DNA of 64,000 nucleotides from Klebsiella pneumoniae (GCA_945861635.1 CAMAWH010000002.1:54349-118348); one strand, 5' to 3'. Shown: positions 8,204 to 18,753, counted from the first letter of the stretch. Translations and numbers: made by a program. The notes: generated by a model not told the origin, from the letters alone.

Positions 8204-8231
8204 TCTGGGCAATCGGTTCCCGATTGCGCCG
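8204..8231. repeat. 28-nt palindromic intergenic element, copy A (TCTGGGCAATCGGTTCCCGATTGCGCCG)
   Basis: 27/28 identical to 29383..29410. Core is an 8-bp inverted repeat, GCAATCGG-N3-CCGATTGC. Confidence 0.7.
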
Positions 8232-8485
8232 CGATCGTGAAACCGACGACGTCTCGCCGCGGCCCGAGCGACGCGGACCCGCGCCGGCCATTTCCCTGTT
8301 GCCCGCTGGTAGGCTCGCCCGCGGGCGAAGGCGGCGGGAGCGAGCGGGTGGCGGGATCTCGGGTGTGATCCGGGTGCCGCGCGCGGGTGGTGGACGCCGG
8401 GGCGCGGGCTCGGCCGCGTCTCGGTGTCCGACAGGCCCAGCGCTCACCCCGCGCTGGACGAACCCGAGATCCTGACGGGTCCCGC

Positions 8486-8505
8486 GCGGCGACCTTGGCC
8501 GCCGC
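8486..8505 (-). terminator. GC hairpin immediately after the ndk stop (no U-tract)
   Basis: Minus-strand RNA GCGGCGGCCAAGGUCGCCGC forms an 8-bp stem (one G-U pair) with a CAAG loop. It overlaps the stop codon by 1 nt. Confidence 0.25.
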
Positions 8506-8918
8506 TACAAAAGTTCGGTCGAAGCAAAGAAGTAGGCGATTTCACGCGCCGCCGACGCCGGCGAATCCGAGCCGTGCACGGCATTCTCACCGACGCTGGC
8601 GGCGTACAGTTTGCGTAAGGTGCCATCCGCGGCGTTGGCCGGGTTCGTCGCGCCCATGATTTCGCGGTTGCGGAGAATGGCGCCTTCGCCTTCGAGGCAG
8701 ATCACGACGACCGGCCCCGACGACATGAACGTGACCAGTTCGTCGAAGAAGCCGCGCCCCTTGTGTTCGGCGTAAAAACCCTCCGCCATCCCGCGCGATT
8801 GATGAATCTTTTTCATCGCGCAGATGCGCAGACCGTCACGCTCAAAGCGGGCGATGATCTCCCCAATGTGCTGGCCCTTGACGGCATCGGGCTTGATGAT
8901 TGAGAGGGTGCGTTCCAT
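8505..8918 (-). CDS. ndk: nucleoside diphosphate kinase
   Basis: [13 protein letters not shown] ... NAVHGSDS canonical Ndk sequence, 137 aa. Confidence 0.95.
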   Translation of the reverse strand: MERTLSIIKPDAVKGQHIGEIIARFERDGLRICAMKKIHQSRGMAEGFYAEHKGRGFFDELVTFMSSGPVVVICLEGEGAILRNREIMGATNPANAADGTLRKLYAASVGENAVHGSDSPASAAREIAYFFASTELL

Positions 8919-9050
8919 GGGGTCTCCGAATTGGCGCGGCGTCTATCGCGTGGCGTCGGTGAGCGCCACGAAGCGGCGATGCGCCAACCAAGCGCCACCG
9001 TCTGTCGCGACAGCAGACGTGTTCGCTGGTAGACGCCGCACGTCGGGGCG

Positions 9051-9923
9051 CTACCCGAGAATCTCCAACATCTTCCTTCCCATCTCCGCCGGCGACCGGA
9101 CGATGTGCATGCCCGCCGCCGCCATCGCCGCGTATTTCGCCTCCGCCGTACCCTGCCCCCCCGAGATGATCGCGCCCGCATGGCCCATCCGACGGCCAGG
9201 AGGCGCCGTTGCACCGGCAATAAATCCGACGATGGGCTTCCTGCAGTGCACCGCAGCCCACGACGCAGCCTCCTCCTCCGCCGTACCACCGATCTCGCCG
9301 ATCATGATGATGGCGTCGGTGTCCGGGTCCGCACTGAAGAGTTGGAGCACGTCGATGTGGCGGGTGCCAATGATTGGATCGCCACCGATGCCGATCGCGG
9401 TCGACTGCCCAAGACCCACCCGCGAAAGCTGCCCGACCGCCTCGTACGTCAGCGTTCCGGATCGCGAAACAACGCCGATGCGACCTGGCTTGTGGATGTG
9501 TCCTGGCATGATGCCGATCTTGCATTCCCCCGGGGTAATGATTCCCGGGCAATTCGGGCCGATCATGCGCACGCCGCGCGTCGTAAGGAACGCCATGATG
9601 GGGAGCATGTCCCGCACGGGAATTCCCTCGGTGATCGGCACCACGAGCTTCACGCCCGCGTCCGCTGCCTCCAGGATCGCGTCCGCCGCAAACGGCGGCG
9701 GCACGAAGATCATCGATGCGTTGGCGCCGGTTGCGCGAACGGCGTCATCGACGGTGTTGAAGATGGGAACGGTGCCTTCGAAGAAGGTTCCGCCCTTGCC
9801 GGGCGTCACTCCGGCGACCACGTTCGTGCCGTAGGCCTTGCACTGCGACGCGTGAAAACCACCGGCCGAACCGGTGATTCCCTGCACCAGCAGGCGTGTG
9901 TCCTTGTTGACCAGAATCGACAT
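9051..9923 (-). CDS. sucD: succinate--CoA ligase subunit alpha
   Basis: [18 protein letters not shown] ... SRSGTLTYE ... MGHAGAII. Confidence 0.95.
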   Translation of the reverse strand: MSILVNKDTRLLVQGITGSAGGFHASQCKAYGTNVVAGVTPGKGGTFFEGTVPIFNTVDDAVRATGANASMIFVPPPFAADAILEAADAGVKLVVPITEGIPVRDMLPIMAFLTTRGVRMIGPNCPGIITPGECKIGIMPGHIHKPGRIGVVSRSGTLTYEAVGQLSRVGLGQSTAIGIGGDPIIGTRHIDVLQLFSADPDTDAIIMIGEIGGTAEEEAASWAAVHCRKPIVGFIAGATAPPGRRMGHAGAIISGGQGTAEAKYAAMAAAGMHIVRSPAEMGRKMLEILG

Positions 9924-11161
9924 CAGAGCCCCCGCACGGCGGCGACGATCTTCTCGGCCGCGTCAGACATGGAATCGGCCGGGATCACGCGCAAGCCGCT
10001 CTCCGCAATGATCTTCTTGCCCATCTCCACGTTCGTGCCCTCGAGACGCACGACAAGCGGCACCTTCAAGCCCGTTTCTTTCACGGCCGCGAGCACGCCC
10101 TCCGCGATGACATCACACTTCATGATGCCTCCGAAAATGTTGACGAGAATGCCCTTCACCGCCGGATCAGCCGTAATGATGCCGAACGCGGCAGTGACCT
10201 TCTCCTTCGTCGCCCCGCCGCCGACATCGAGGAAGTTTGCCGGTTCTTCGCCGTAGAACTTGATGATGTCCATGGTGGCCATCGCGAGGCCGGCACCGTT
10301 GACGAGGCAACCGATGTTGCCATCGAGCTTGACGTAGGACAGCTCGTGTTTTTGCGCCTCCTGCTCCTGTGGATCGACCTCGGCGGGGTCCTCGAACGCC
10401 GCGTACTCCGGATGGCGGAACAGCGCGTTGTCGTCGAAAGTGATCTTCGCGTCGAGCGGTAGGACCTCGTTGTCCACGGTCACGATGAGCGGGTTGATCT
10501 CAAGCATTGAACAGTCGGCCGCCATGTAGGTGTGGAACAGCCCCGTCACCAACTTCACGAAGCCACCGACCGCCTTGCCGCTGAGCCCCAGTCCGAACGC
10601 CAAGTTGCGTGCCTGCCAGATGCCGAGATTGGTGAGGGGGTCCGCCCACTCCTTCAGGATCGCCTCGGGCCGGTGGGCGGCGACCTCCTCGATCTCCGTG
10701 CCTCCTTCCTTCGAACACATCACCAACACCTTTCCGACCGCGCGATCCAGCAGGATGGCAAGGTAGAATTCCTGCGCGATCTGGCAACCTTCCTCGACGA
10801 AGACTCGATGCACGACCGCGCCCGACTCTCCCGTCTGTTTGGTGACGAGCGTGTGGCCGAGCATCGCGCCCGCGGCAGCGCGCACGGCATCGAGATCCTT
10901 GCACACGCGCACGCCGCCCTTGCCCGGGACACCGTCCTCTCCTCGCAGCACCGCTGCCAGCGCGGCGTCATCGACCTCCCCGACGAAGCGCCCCTTCCCG
11001 CGTCCGCCCGCGTGAACCTGCGACTTCACGACCCAAACGCCGCCACCCATGTGTTTTGCCGCCGTCACCGCCTCGTTCGGCGTGTTCGCGACCGCGCCCT
11101 TCAACGTCGGAACCCCGTGCTTACGCAGAATCTCCTTTCCCTGAAACTCGTGGATTTTCAT
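9923..11161 (-). CDS. sucC: succinate--CoA ligase (ADP-forming) subunit beta
   Basis: [12 protein letters not shown] ... HAGGRGKG ... [10 protein letters not shown]. Carries an insertion of about 22 aa after the GRGKG loop. Confidence 0.95.
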   Translation of the reverse strand: MKIHEFQGKEILRKHGVPTLKGAVANTPNEAVTAAKHMGGGVWVVKSQVHAGGRGKGRFVGEVDDAALAAVLRGEDGVPGKGGVRVCKDLDAVRAAAGAMLGHTLVTKQTGESGAVVHRVFVEEGCQIAQEFYLAILLDRAVGKVLVMCSKEGGTEIEEVAAHRPEAILKEWADPLTNLGIWQARNLAFGLGLSGKAVGGFVKLVTGLFHTYMAADCSMLEINPLIVTVDNEVLPLDAKITFDDNALFRHPEYAAFEDPAEVDPQEQEAQKHELSYVKLDGNIGCLVNGAGLAMATMDIIKFYGEEPANFLDVGGGATKEKVTAAFGIITADPAVKGILVNIFGGIMKCDVIAEGVLAAVKETGLKVPLVVRLEGTNVEMGKKIIAESGLRVIPADSMSDAAEKIVAAVRGL

Positions 11162-12454
11162 CTACATATTCTCGATGAGGGCGGTACCGAATTCGCTACA
11201 TTTCAGCAACGTCGCGCCCTCCATCAGACGCTCGAAGTCGTACGTGACCCGCTTCTGGCCGATGGTCTTTTTCATCGAAGCGATGATCAGGTCGGCCGCC
11301 TCACCCCATCCCAGTCGGCGCAACATCATCTCTCCGGACAGAATGACCGACGCCGGATTCACCTTGTCCAAGCCTGCGTACTTCGGCGCGGTGCCGTGGG
11401 TCGCCTCGAAGATCGAAAGCCCGGTCAAGTAGTTGATGTTCGCGCCCGGAGCGATGCCGATGCCGCCCACCTGCGCGGCTAGCGCGTCCGAGCAGTAATC
11501 CCCGTTCAAGTTGAGCGTGATGATGACGTCATACTCGTCGGGCCGGAGCAGGATTTGCTGGAGGAACGCATCGGCGATGCAATCCTTGATCAGCAACTTC
11601 CCGCTGGCCAGCGCGGCTTTCTGCGCGGCGTGGGCGGCCGAATCACCCTGCGTCTCCTTGATCCGGTCGTACTGCGCCCAGGTCCAGACCTGCTCGCCAT
11701 ATTCGCGTTCCGCCAGATCGTACGCCCAGTTCTTGAAGGCGCCTTCCGTGTACTTCATGATGTTGCCCTTGTGGACAATCGTCAGGTTCCGGCGCTTCTG
11801 GGCCAACGCATAGTCGAGCGTGGAGCGCATCAAACGCTCGGTGCCTTCCCGACTGACGGGCTTGATGCCGATACCGCTGGTATCTGGGAAACGGATTTTC
11901 TTGACCTTCATCTCGTTCTGGAGAAACGCGATGACCTTCTTTGCATCGGCGCTTTCCGCCTCCCACTCGATACCGGCGTAGATGTCCTCCGAGTTCTCGC
12001 GGAAGATGATCATCTCCACCTTTTCTGGCTCCTTCACCGGCGAGGGTACGCCCGTGAAATACTGCACGGGACGCACGCAGGCGTAGAGGTCCAACTCTTG
12101 CCGCAATGCGACGTTGAGCGACCGGATTCCGCCGCCAACCGGCGTCGTCAGCGGGCCCTTTATGGCGATCTTGTACTTGCGCACGGCCGCCAGCGTGTCC
12201 GGAATCAGCCATTCTCCGTACAGATTGAAACACTTCTCCCCCGCAAAGACCTCGAACCAGCTGATCTTTCGTTTCCCGCCGTACGCCTTGGCAACCGCGC
12301 CATCCAGCACCCGCACGGAGGAGGCCCAGATGTCCGCACCCGTACCATCTCCCTCGATGAAGGGGATGATCGGCTGGTCGGGGACAATGAGTGTGCCATC
12401 GGGCGCAGTCGTGATGGCCTGGCCGACCGTGGGGGGCGAAAGTTTCTCAAACAT
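11162..12454 (-). CDS. icd: NADP-dependent isocitrate dehydrogenase
   Basis: [11 protein letters not shown] ... [18 protein letters not shown] ... [10 protein letters not shown]. Start is either 12454 or 12487. Confidence 0.9.
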   Translation of the reverse strand: MFEKLSPPTVGQAITTAPDGTLIVPDQPIIPFIEGDGTGADIWASSVRVLDGAVAKAYGGKRKISWFEVFAGEKCFNLYGEWLIPDTLAAVRKYKIAIKGPLTTPVGGGIRSLNVALRQELDLYACVRPVQYFTGVPSPVKEPEKVEMIIFRENSEDIYAGIEWEAESADAKKVIAFLQNEMKVKKIRFPDTSGIGIKPVSREGTERLMRSTLDYALAQKRRNLTIVHKGNIMKYTEGAFKNWAYDLAEREYGEQVWTWAQYDRIKETQGDSAAHAAQKAALASGKLLIKDCIADAFLQQILLRPDEYDVIITLNLNGDYCSDALAAQVGGIGIAPGANINYLTGLSIFEATHGTAPKYAGLDKVNPASVILSGEMMLRRLGWGEAADLIIASMKKTIGQKRVTYDFERLMEGATLLKCSEFGTALIENM

Positions 12455-12580
12455 GGGGGGCTCCAGAAGGGTGCGCGATGTAGCCAATCAGGAAGCCCGG
12501 GGCCAGCGTTCCGCCCCCCCTGCGGCGGACTTCATCGAAGTCCCGACGGGAACGCGTGGTAGCCTCACCTCGGAGGCAAA

Positions 12581-12859
12581 ATGGGCCTGCTCGGTTTCGT
12601 CGTCGCCGGAGTAATCGTGATTCTCGGAATCCGATACGTCCTCAGGAAGAAACGCTCAGCCGCCGATCGAGCGCCGTCGCAGCGCTCCCACTCCACCGTC
12701 GGGGAGGCGCTGAACGAGATGCAACGCCTCGCACCGCGCATCCTCGGCGAAGGCGCGCCCGACCTCGGACCCGTCGCGCCTTCGTTCGCCTACGAGCCCG
12801 ACGATGCCAATGCGATCAGCATCGACGCGCCTCCACGCGTGACGACGGACGGGAAGTAG
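12581..12859 (+). CDS. small single-TM protein, hypothetical
   Basis: GGAGG-caaa-ATG ribosome-binding site. TM segment LLGFVVAGVIVILGI. High GC3. Confidence 0.5.
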   Translation: MGLLGFVVAGVIVILGIRYVLRKKRSAADRAPSQRSHSTVGEALNEMQRLAPRILGEGAPDLGPVAPSFAYEPDDANAISIDAPPRVTTDGK

Positions 12860-14035
12860 CTACTTCACCAGCCGACGCCGCGGCTGATTTGCTGCGATGT
12901 ACTTGCACCGGTAGATCGCGACGCCCTTCCCGTTGCGCGTGACAAGGCGTTCGTCGATGATCTGTGCCGCGATGCCCGACACGCGCGAAAACCCGAAAAG
13001 CACGGTGTAGTACTCGGGATCCGTGAAACCTGTCGCGTTGAGCAGCGTGCCGGAAATCGCGTCGACGTTCGGGTAGGGATTCGCGACCTTCGGGTTCTCC
13101 TTCAGCACCCGAACCGCGACTTCGCGCATGTTCTTGGCCGTCTGGAAAAGCACGTCATTCGGACACAACTTTTCACCCAGGGCGTACTGGACGCGCGCCC
13201 GCGGGTCTTCGGCGCGCAGGACGGCGTGTCCAAAGCCGAAAATCAGCCCGCCATTCGCCAATTCATTGCGGACGAAAGCCTCGATCTGGTCCTTGTCGGG
13301 CGTTCCGACCTTCCGAACGAACTCGAGACAATCCTGATTCGCACGTCCGTGGCGTGCGCCGTACAACCCACCCATCGCCGCGACATTGCTCGCGTACACA
13401 TCCGCGAGTCCCGACGCGACCGCCTTGCCGACGAACGTGGAGAGGTTGCCGCCGCCATGGTCAAGGTGGAGTACGTAGAAGATTCGGATCATCTCTACGA
13501 GTTTGGCTGGATCTGCGCCCGGCATCCCCATGCAGTGCACGAAATTCTCGCAGAGTCCGAGCTCGGGCTTCGATTCAATCGGCGGCCCCCACCCTTCCCG
13601 AATGCGGAACACGTTCGCCACCAATTCCGGCATCCGCGCCATGAGGTTCAGCGAATCCTCACGCACGTCCTGCGGCGTCGTCTTCCCGGTCATGCCGAGC
13701 CAGGTGATGCCGGCCATCAGCCACTCCATCGGGTGCCCCTCCTTCGGCAACGCGCCGAGGAAGGCATGCAGCCCAGCCGGAAGCTTTGCGCGACGCGCCA
13801 TATCAGCCTTGAACGCCGCGAGTTGCTCCAAACTCGGGAGCTCCTTGTTCAGAACGAGGAAACACGCCGCTTCGGGATCGATGTGCGCAAGGTCTTCCAC
13901 CGGATACCCGACGTAGTGTACGCCTTCCATCGGATCGACGGACGAGGTTCGGCAGGTTCCAACCGGGAAACCGCGCAGTCCGGTATCAAGATGTTCTTCC
14001 GTGATCTCGAACAGGACCTTCTTCGGATCGGACAT
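12860..14035 (-). CDS. gltA: citrate synthase (about 390-aa type)
   Basis: GFGHAVLRAEDPRA and HLDHGGGNLST citrate-synthase signatures. AGGAGTTCCCATG start context. Confidence 0.9.
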   Translation of the reverse strand: MSDPKKVLFEITEEHLDTGLRGFPVGTCRTSSVDPMEGVHYVGYPVEDLAHIDPEAACFLVLNKELPSLEQLAAFKADMARRAKLPAGLHAFLGALPKEGHPMEWLMAGITWLGMTGKTTPQDVREDSLNLMARMPELVANVFRIREGWGPPIESKPELGLCENFVHCMGMPGADPAKLVEMIRIFYVLHLDHGGGNLSTFVGKAVASGLADVYASNVAAMGGLYGARHGRANQDCLEFVRKVGTPDKDQIEAFVRNELANGGLIFGFGHAVLRAEDPRARVQYALGEKLCPNDVLFQTAKNMREVAVRVLKENPKVANPYPNVDAISGTLLNATGFTDPEYYTVLFGFSRVSGIAAQIIDERLVTRNGKGVAIYRCKYIAANQPRRRLVK

Positions 14036-14212
14036 GGGAACTCCTACAGTAGCGATGGTGGTCAGAACCGAGCGCCTAGTAGCCGGTGGCCCACGCCGGC
14101 GCGACCGTTCGGCACGTGGCTTCGCAAAAAGTCCGAAGCGACTACCAATTCTTGTTCGGGGCCGCGCTGAAGCGCGTCCGTTTCAGGCAGGAAACCTACG
14201 CTTTTCGCGCCA

Positions 14213-15127
14213 GTGAGTTACCCACACCGGATGCGCGACGTCCTATCCGAGCTCCTCGATCTCCTTCGACTTGAGCGGATCGAGGAGAAGTTGTTTCGCG
14301 GGCAAAGTCAGGATCTCGGCTGGGGGTCCGTCTTCGGCGGGCAAGTGCTGGGACAGGCCGTCTCCGCCGCGGCCCAGACCCTGCCGGGCGACCGGCATGT
14401 CCACTCCCTCCACGGTTACTTCCTTCGCCAAGGCGATGCGTCGCGACCAATCGTGTACGAGGTTGACGCCATTCGTGACGGCGGCAGCTTCACGACCCGC
14501 CGAGTCGTCGCCATCCAGAACGGGCATGCGATCTTCAGCTTGTCTGCATCTTTTCAGGTGGACGAGGGTGGATTCGACCACGCAGCGGATATGCCGCTTG
14601 GCATCCCAGGGCCCGAAGATCTGCCGTCTGAGCTGGATCTCGCTCGGAAGTTCGCCGATCGCATTCCTGAGCCTTTCCGCGCAATGGCCGTGGCGGATCG
14701 GCCGATCGAGATCCGACCCGTTCAGCCGTTCAACCTGCTCAACCCCCGTCCGCTGCCCCCGCGTCGCCAGCTCTGGTACCGGGCAAATGGCCGCCTCCCC
14801 GACGATCCCGCCGTTCATCGCTACCTTCTCGCCTATGCGTCCGATTTCAACTTCCTCGTCACCGCAATGCTTCCTCACGGCGTTTCGTGGCTGACGCCGG
14901 GCATGCAAGTCGCGAGTCTGGACCACGCCATGTGGTTCCATCGCCCGTTCCGTTTCGACGAATGGCTGCTCTACGACGTTGATAGCGCCTCGGCTTCAGG
15001 AGCGCGTGGGTTGGTTTCGGGTCGCTTCTACACTCGCGACGGTCGGCTTGTGGCCAGTGTCGCCCAGGAAGGGTTGATGCGCGATCGTCGCGTCAAAACA
15101 CCCAACGAAGTCGCCGTCCAAAAATAA
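14213..15127 (+). CDS. tesB: acyl-CoA thioesterase II
   Basis: LLDLLRLERIEEKLFRGQSQDLGWGSVFGGQVLGQA is a TesB N-terminus. Alternative ATG at 14231. Confidence 0.85.
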   Translation: MSYPHRMRDVLSELLDLLRLERIEEKLFRGQSQDLGWGSVFGGQVLGQAVSAAAQTLPGDRHVHSLHGYFLRQGDASRPIVYEVDAIRDGGSFTTRRVVAIQNGHAIFSLSASFQVDEGGFDHAADMPLGIPGPEDLPSELDLARKFADRIPEPFRAMAVADRPIEIRPVQPFNLLNPRPLPPRRQLWYRANGRLPDDPAVHRYLLAYASDFNFLVTAMLPHGVSWLTPGMQVASLDHAMWFHRPFRFDEWLLYDVDSASASGARGLVSGRFYTRDGRLVASVAQEGLMRDRRVKTPNEVAVQK

Positions 15128-15164
15128 CTGACGCATTCGGCCGCCGGTGACTTTTGGACGACTC

Positions 15165-16268
15165 CTAATTTGGCGAAAGCAGACACGCCGTGACGCCGAT
15201 GGTACCAAAAATCAATAGCCAGTCGAATGCGCCCAACCCGACGCGGAACGCGCCCTGTCCCGCCAGCCCGAGAACGACCCCTGAACGTGGTGCGGTAACG
15301 ACGCGAATCGTGTCACCACGCCCCAGCGACGCGGATATTCGCTCGTCGACTCGCGCCCACCTCGAGTCCGTCTGCACCCACGAATATGCTCCGGCCAGCC
15401 CCGTGCCGGTCACGACGATCGTCGGCGACAACAGGGGCGTGTTGCTGCGAACGACGTCGCGCACAATCTCATCGGCCACGTGCTTCCGACCACCGAACAC
15501 GTCCCGCAGGAGCAGGTAGCTTCGGTGGTTCAGCGCCGCAAAGAGGAGGATCCCGGTGCCAGGGGCAAGCCACAACACACCCCAGCGATCCAGCCCGCTG
15601 TCTCGCGTCAGGGGCGCCAGGACCACAAACCACGCCAAGACGAGGACCGCGGCCAGAACGGAGCCTATCACCGCCCCGCCGAGCACGCGCCGGACGAGGG
15701 CCTGCACAACATATCCACGTAGAACCATGCGATCTTCGTCCGTCAGTGCTTCGTCATGCGCCATCGACGCGACGTCGAATGGTTTCCCCATCGCGACGAC
15801 ACCGTCCACTCCGCCCGGATCCGCGATCACCGACACGGCAAAAAGGTTCTGCAACCGCGCCGTATACATCAAATCGACCGACTGCCCGGTGTGGACGCGC
15901 CGGTACACCCATTGCTCCACGCTCGACTCTTCCCCGTCCAAACTCAGGTAGTAGCGGGGAGAGCTGCGCGCGTTGCTGTCCATCGACGGACCGACAATTC
16001 CGACGCGCTTGCCGGTGACGATGCCGCGTCGGATGACCTTCTCGCGTTCGAACGAAGCGCCGACATGCACGCTGAGAATAAACAGGAGCGCGCCGAAGAA
16101 GAAGACACCAAAGACGCCACGAATCACGACGGGCAGGCCCCCGGTGCCCCAGCCAATCATCCACACCGCCACCGATCCGATGGCTACACCAACGGGCACG
16201 ACAAACAACGCCCGCCGCCGCAACAGAGCGCGGTCGTCGGCCGTCAGTGACTCGCGACGCTCGGTCAA
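15165..16268 (-). CDS. internally duplicated membrane protein, hypothetical
   Basis: TTG start preceded by GGGGAG. Two copies of the same module (LT[AD][DE]DR helix, 2 TM segments, small soluble domain). Lies 15 nt downstream of ppk2. Confidence 0.6.
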   Translation of the reverse strand: MTERRESLTADDRALLRRRALFVVPVGVAIGSVAVWMIGWGTGGLPVVIRGVFGVFFFGALLFILSVHVGASFEREKVIRRGIVTGKRVGIVGPSMDSNARSSPRYYLSLDGEESSVEQWVYRRVHTGQSVDLMYTARLQNLFAVSVIADPGGVDGVVAMGKPFDVASMAHDEALTDEDRMVLRGYVVQALVRRVLGGAVIGSVLAAVLVLAWFVVLAPLTRDSGLDRWGVLWLAPGTGILLFAALNHRSYLLLRDVFGGRKHVADEIVRDVVRSNTPLLSPTIVVTGTGLAGAYSWVQTDSRWARVDERISASLGRGDTIRVVTAPRSGVVLGLAGQGAFRVGLGAFDWLLIFGTIGVTACLLSPN

Positions 16269-16283
16269 TGGACTCCCCTCTGC

Positions 16284-17144
16284 TCAATCGTTCTCGATCA
16301 CCGTGCGCAACCTCGACATCTCTGCGACCTCCGCCTCGCCCGGTTGGGGCCACTTTAGCGGCAGTGCATCGAGCGTATCCGCAATCGTCTCTGCGACGAA
16401 CGCCCGCATCGACGGTTTGTCGTCGGCTGGAACGGCGTACCACGGCGCCCACGGACGAGAGGTCTCGTTCAACGCCGTCTCATACGCTCTCATGTACGCC
16501 GGCCAATGCCCACGCTCCGCCACGTCTCCCGCCTCGAACTTCCAGTGCACGTTGGGATCATCGATGCGGTCCATCAGCCGTCTGCCCTGCGTGGCGTGGC
16601 TGACGTTCAACCAGAACTTCAGGATCACCGTGCCGTTTCGATAGAGGTGGCGCTCAAAGTCGCGAATCGACTCGAAACGTTCGTCAAAAATATCCTTCTT
16701 CTTCCCGGGAAGATGCTGCGCGCCGAGCAACTCCGGATGCACCTTCACAACGAGCACTTCCTCGTAGTGACTGCGGTTGAAAATTCCGATCCGACCGCGC
16801 TCCGGCAGCGAACGCGCCACCCGCCACAGGAAGTCGTGGTCCAATTCCTCGGCAGACGGGCGCTTGAACGCCGTGACATGGCATCCCTGCGGGTCAATCC
16901 CGCGCATCACCGCGCGAATCGTGCCATCCTTCCCCGCAGCGTCCATCGCTTGAAAAATCAACAGCAGGGAATAGCGATCATCGGCGTAGAGCTTTCGTTG
17001 AAGCTTCTCCATTCGCGTGGATGCACGCTGGAGGCGCTCCACGGCTTCCCCGTCCACGAGCGGATGTTCCGTCAGCGCGCGCTTGACGCGAAACGTGCCG
17101 TCAAAGGGCACTTGCCAGCGATTGTCCGGGGCCGGGTGGGGCAT
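16284..17144 (-). CDS. ppk2: polyphosphate kinase 2 family phosphotransferase
   Basis: LLLIFQAMDAAGKDGT Walker A, FNRSHYEEVLVVKVH, and the PPK2 lid region. Internal ATG (M94) of ORF 16284..17423. Confidence 0.85.
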   Translation of the reverse strand: MPHPAPDNRWQVPFDGTFRVKRALTEHPLVDGEAVERLQRASTRMEKLQRKLYADDRYSLLLIFQAMDAAGKDGTIRAVMRGIDPQGCHVTAFKRPSAEELDHDFLWRVARSLPERGRIGIFNRSHYEEVLVVKVHPELLGAQHLPGKKKDIFDERFESIRDFERHLYRNGTVILKFWLNVSHATQGRRLMDRIDDPNVHWKFEAGDVAERGHWPAYMRAYETALNETSRPWAPWYAVPADDKPSMRAFVAETIADTLDALPLKWPQPGEAEVAEMSRLRTVIEND

Positions 17145-17199
17145 GTCACGTCTGAATGTACGGCAGCGTATCGTGGGCGACCCGTTGCGGGTCGAGGCG

Positions 17200-18747
17200 A
17201 TGCAATTCGGCAGCCCCTCGGCTACATTGGCCGTGCCTTCGGAGTTCCGGCCCGTGCTTCTCCTCCTCGGCTGCACCGACACGATTGCGCCGACCGCGGA
17301 TTCCACTCCGGCGAACGCCGATTCCTCGGGCGGCTGGGCGATCGGTCCGGAGCAGTCGTGTCCAACCCCGCACGATGCGAGTTGGACCCTGCAAGACGAC
17401 GCGTTTCCACCGGAGGAATTCATCGCGATTCAGGCCGGTGACAGCATTGAGGGAGGCGGAATCGCTCTCGTCGAGGCAAACGGAAGCGCGAGCATCGCGT
17501 ACGCGCGCCCCAACGGTACCGCAGGCGCGCTGGACCCCCACACGGGCGCTCGAAGCGAAATCACGGCGGGCCGGTTCCTGTTCGCATTCGCGGCCGGTGA
17601 TTTCGACGATAACGGAGCCACCGACCTGATCGTCATTGGCCAGCCGACGACCATCCTCTGGGACTGGGCGGGAGCGGATGGCGCCGCCACGCACTTGTCG
17701 GACACGTTCAGCGGCAAGCTGCGCGATGTCGCGGTTGGCGACTTCGATGGGGACGCCGATCTGGACCTGGTCGGTGGCTACACCGCGCCGGGGAACGACT
17801 GGCACGACTTCCAAGGGCGCACCCTGCGCAACGAAGGAAAACGCTTGTTTTCAGGTGGGGACCCGATCGCTGCACCGGAGGAATTCTGGGGAAAGGCGTT
17901 TGACGTCTCCATCATCGACCTGAATGGGGACAACGCCCCCGACGTGTCGTTTTGCAACGACATGGGCTGGCAGATCCAACCGAACGGGGTTTTGCACAAT
18001 GAAGGCGGGCTACTCACTCCCGTGGCCGATGCTCACGGCCTCGACGTCACGACAAGCTGTATGGGGGCGGCGTGGGCCGACGTGGACGGAGATGGATGGA
18101 TGGACGAATTCATCGGCGACTCGGAGCGGCTTTGGTGGCTGCGAGGCACGGCCGCGGGCATATGGGTAGACGCGACGGCAACCCTCGGGTTGGGAGAGTT
18201 GGCGCGCGAACAAATGGCGTGGGGAGCGCGGATCGATGATCTCGATAACGACGGGGTCATCGAGATCATCGTGCCTACAAGTTGGTTCAGGGTGGCCGGC
18301 ACCGACCAATGGCCGGTGTACGCGTGGTCCCGCGTTGGGACGACGTGGACCGACCGAGGACCCGAGGTCGGGTTGCCAACCGCCGCCGACGTTCGGTCCG
18401 TGCTCACGACGGACATCAACCGTGATGGCGTGCCCGACATCATCCTCGGGGATGCCAATCGATCGCCGTGGGTGTACATGTCGGACGGGTGCACCGCGGA
18501 CGCCTGGCTCACGGTGGATGCTCCAGAGGGCACGGTTGTCGCTGTGGAAGCCGGCGGCGTCGCGCGCATCGGGCGCGTCACGACGGAGGGCAGCTACGCC
18601 TCCGCGGCCGTTCCGCGCGCTCATTTCGGACTCGGCGCGGCAGACACGATCGACCGGATCACACTGATGCCCCCGTGGTCCGAGCCGATCGTCCTCGACG
18701 GCCCCCTCCCCGCGCGGATCGCCGCGACATGGACGCGCCCCGACTGA
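17200..18747 (+). CDS. FG-GAP repeat + ASPIC/UnbV (CRTAC1-like) lipoprotein
   Basis: PVLLLLGC lipobox. Repeats DFDDNGATDLIV, GDFDGDADLDLV, ADVDGDGWMDEF, DDLDNDGVIEII, TDINRDGVPDII. C-terminal region GSYASAAVPRAHFGLG is UnbV-like. Start is uncertain (17143 or 17200). Confidence 0.7.
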   Translation: MQFGSPSATLAVPSEFRPVLLLLGCTDTIAPTADSTPANADSSGGWAIGPEQSCPTPHDASWTLQDDAFPPEEFIAIQAGDSIEGGGIALVEANGSASIAYARPNGTAGALDPHTGARSEITAGRFLFAFAAGDFDDNGATDLIVIGQPTTILWDWAGADGAATHLSDTFSGKLRDVAVGDFDGDADLDLVGGYTAPGNDWHDFQGRTLRNEGKRLFSGGDPIAAPEEFWGKAFDVSIIDLNGDNAPDVSFCNDMGWQIQPNGVLHNEGGLLTPVADAHGLDVTTSCMGAAWADVDGDGWMDEFIGDSERLWWLRGTAAGIWVDATATLGLGELAREQMAWGARIDDLDNDGVIEIIVPTSWFRVAGTDQWPVYAWSRVGTTWTDRGPEVGLPTAADVRSVLTTDINRDGVPDIILGDANRSPWVYMSDGCTADAWLTVDAPEGTVVAVEAGGVARIGRVTTEGSYASAAVPRAHFGLGAADTIDRITLMPPWSEPIVLDGPLPARIAATWTRPD

Positions 18748-18753
18748 CCGCGC

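Noticed and set aside
8204-8231. Reading the 28-nt element as a sigma-54 promoter (TGGGCA ... TTGC).
   Set aside because: The GG and GC dinucleotides are 18 nt apart, not the 12 nt required. A scan of all TGGCAC / GTGCCA occurrences in the window found none followed by TTGC at the right spacing.
10880-10990. About 22-aa insertion in SucC after the GRGKG loop, considered as a novel feature.
   Set aside because: Insertions at this loop are known in other lineages, for example the mitochondrial-type GVFxSGLKGGV. It is likely lineage-typical, so it is mentioned only under the TCA finding.
16284-17423. Long N-terminal extensions of several ORFs: ppk2 to 17423, kdsB to 29700, pssA to 31311, metK to 23656, rpoN to 25637.
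   Set aside because: The extensions are Arg/Ser/Pro-rich and overlap neighbouring genes or promoters. In each case an internal Met matches the canonical family N-terminus.
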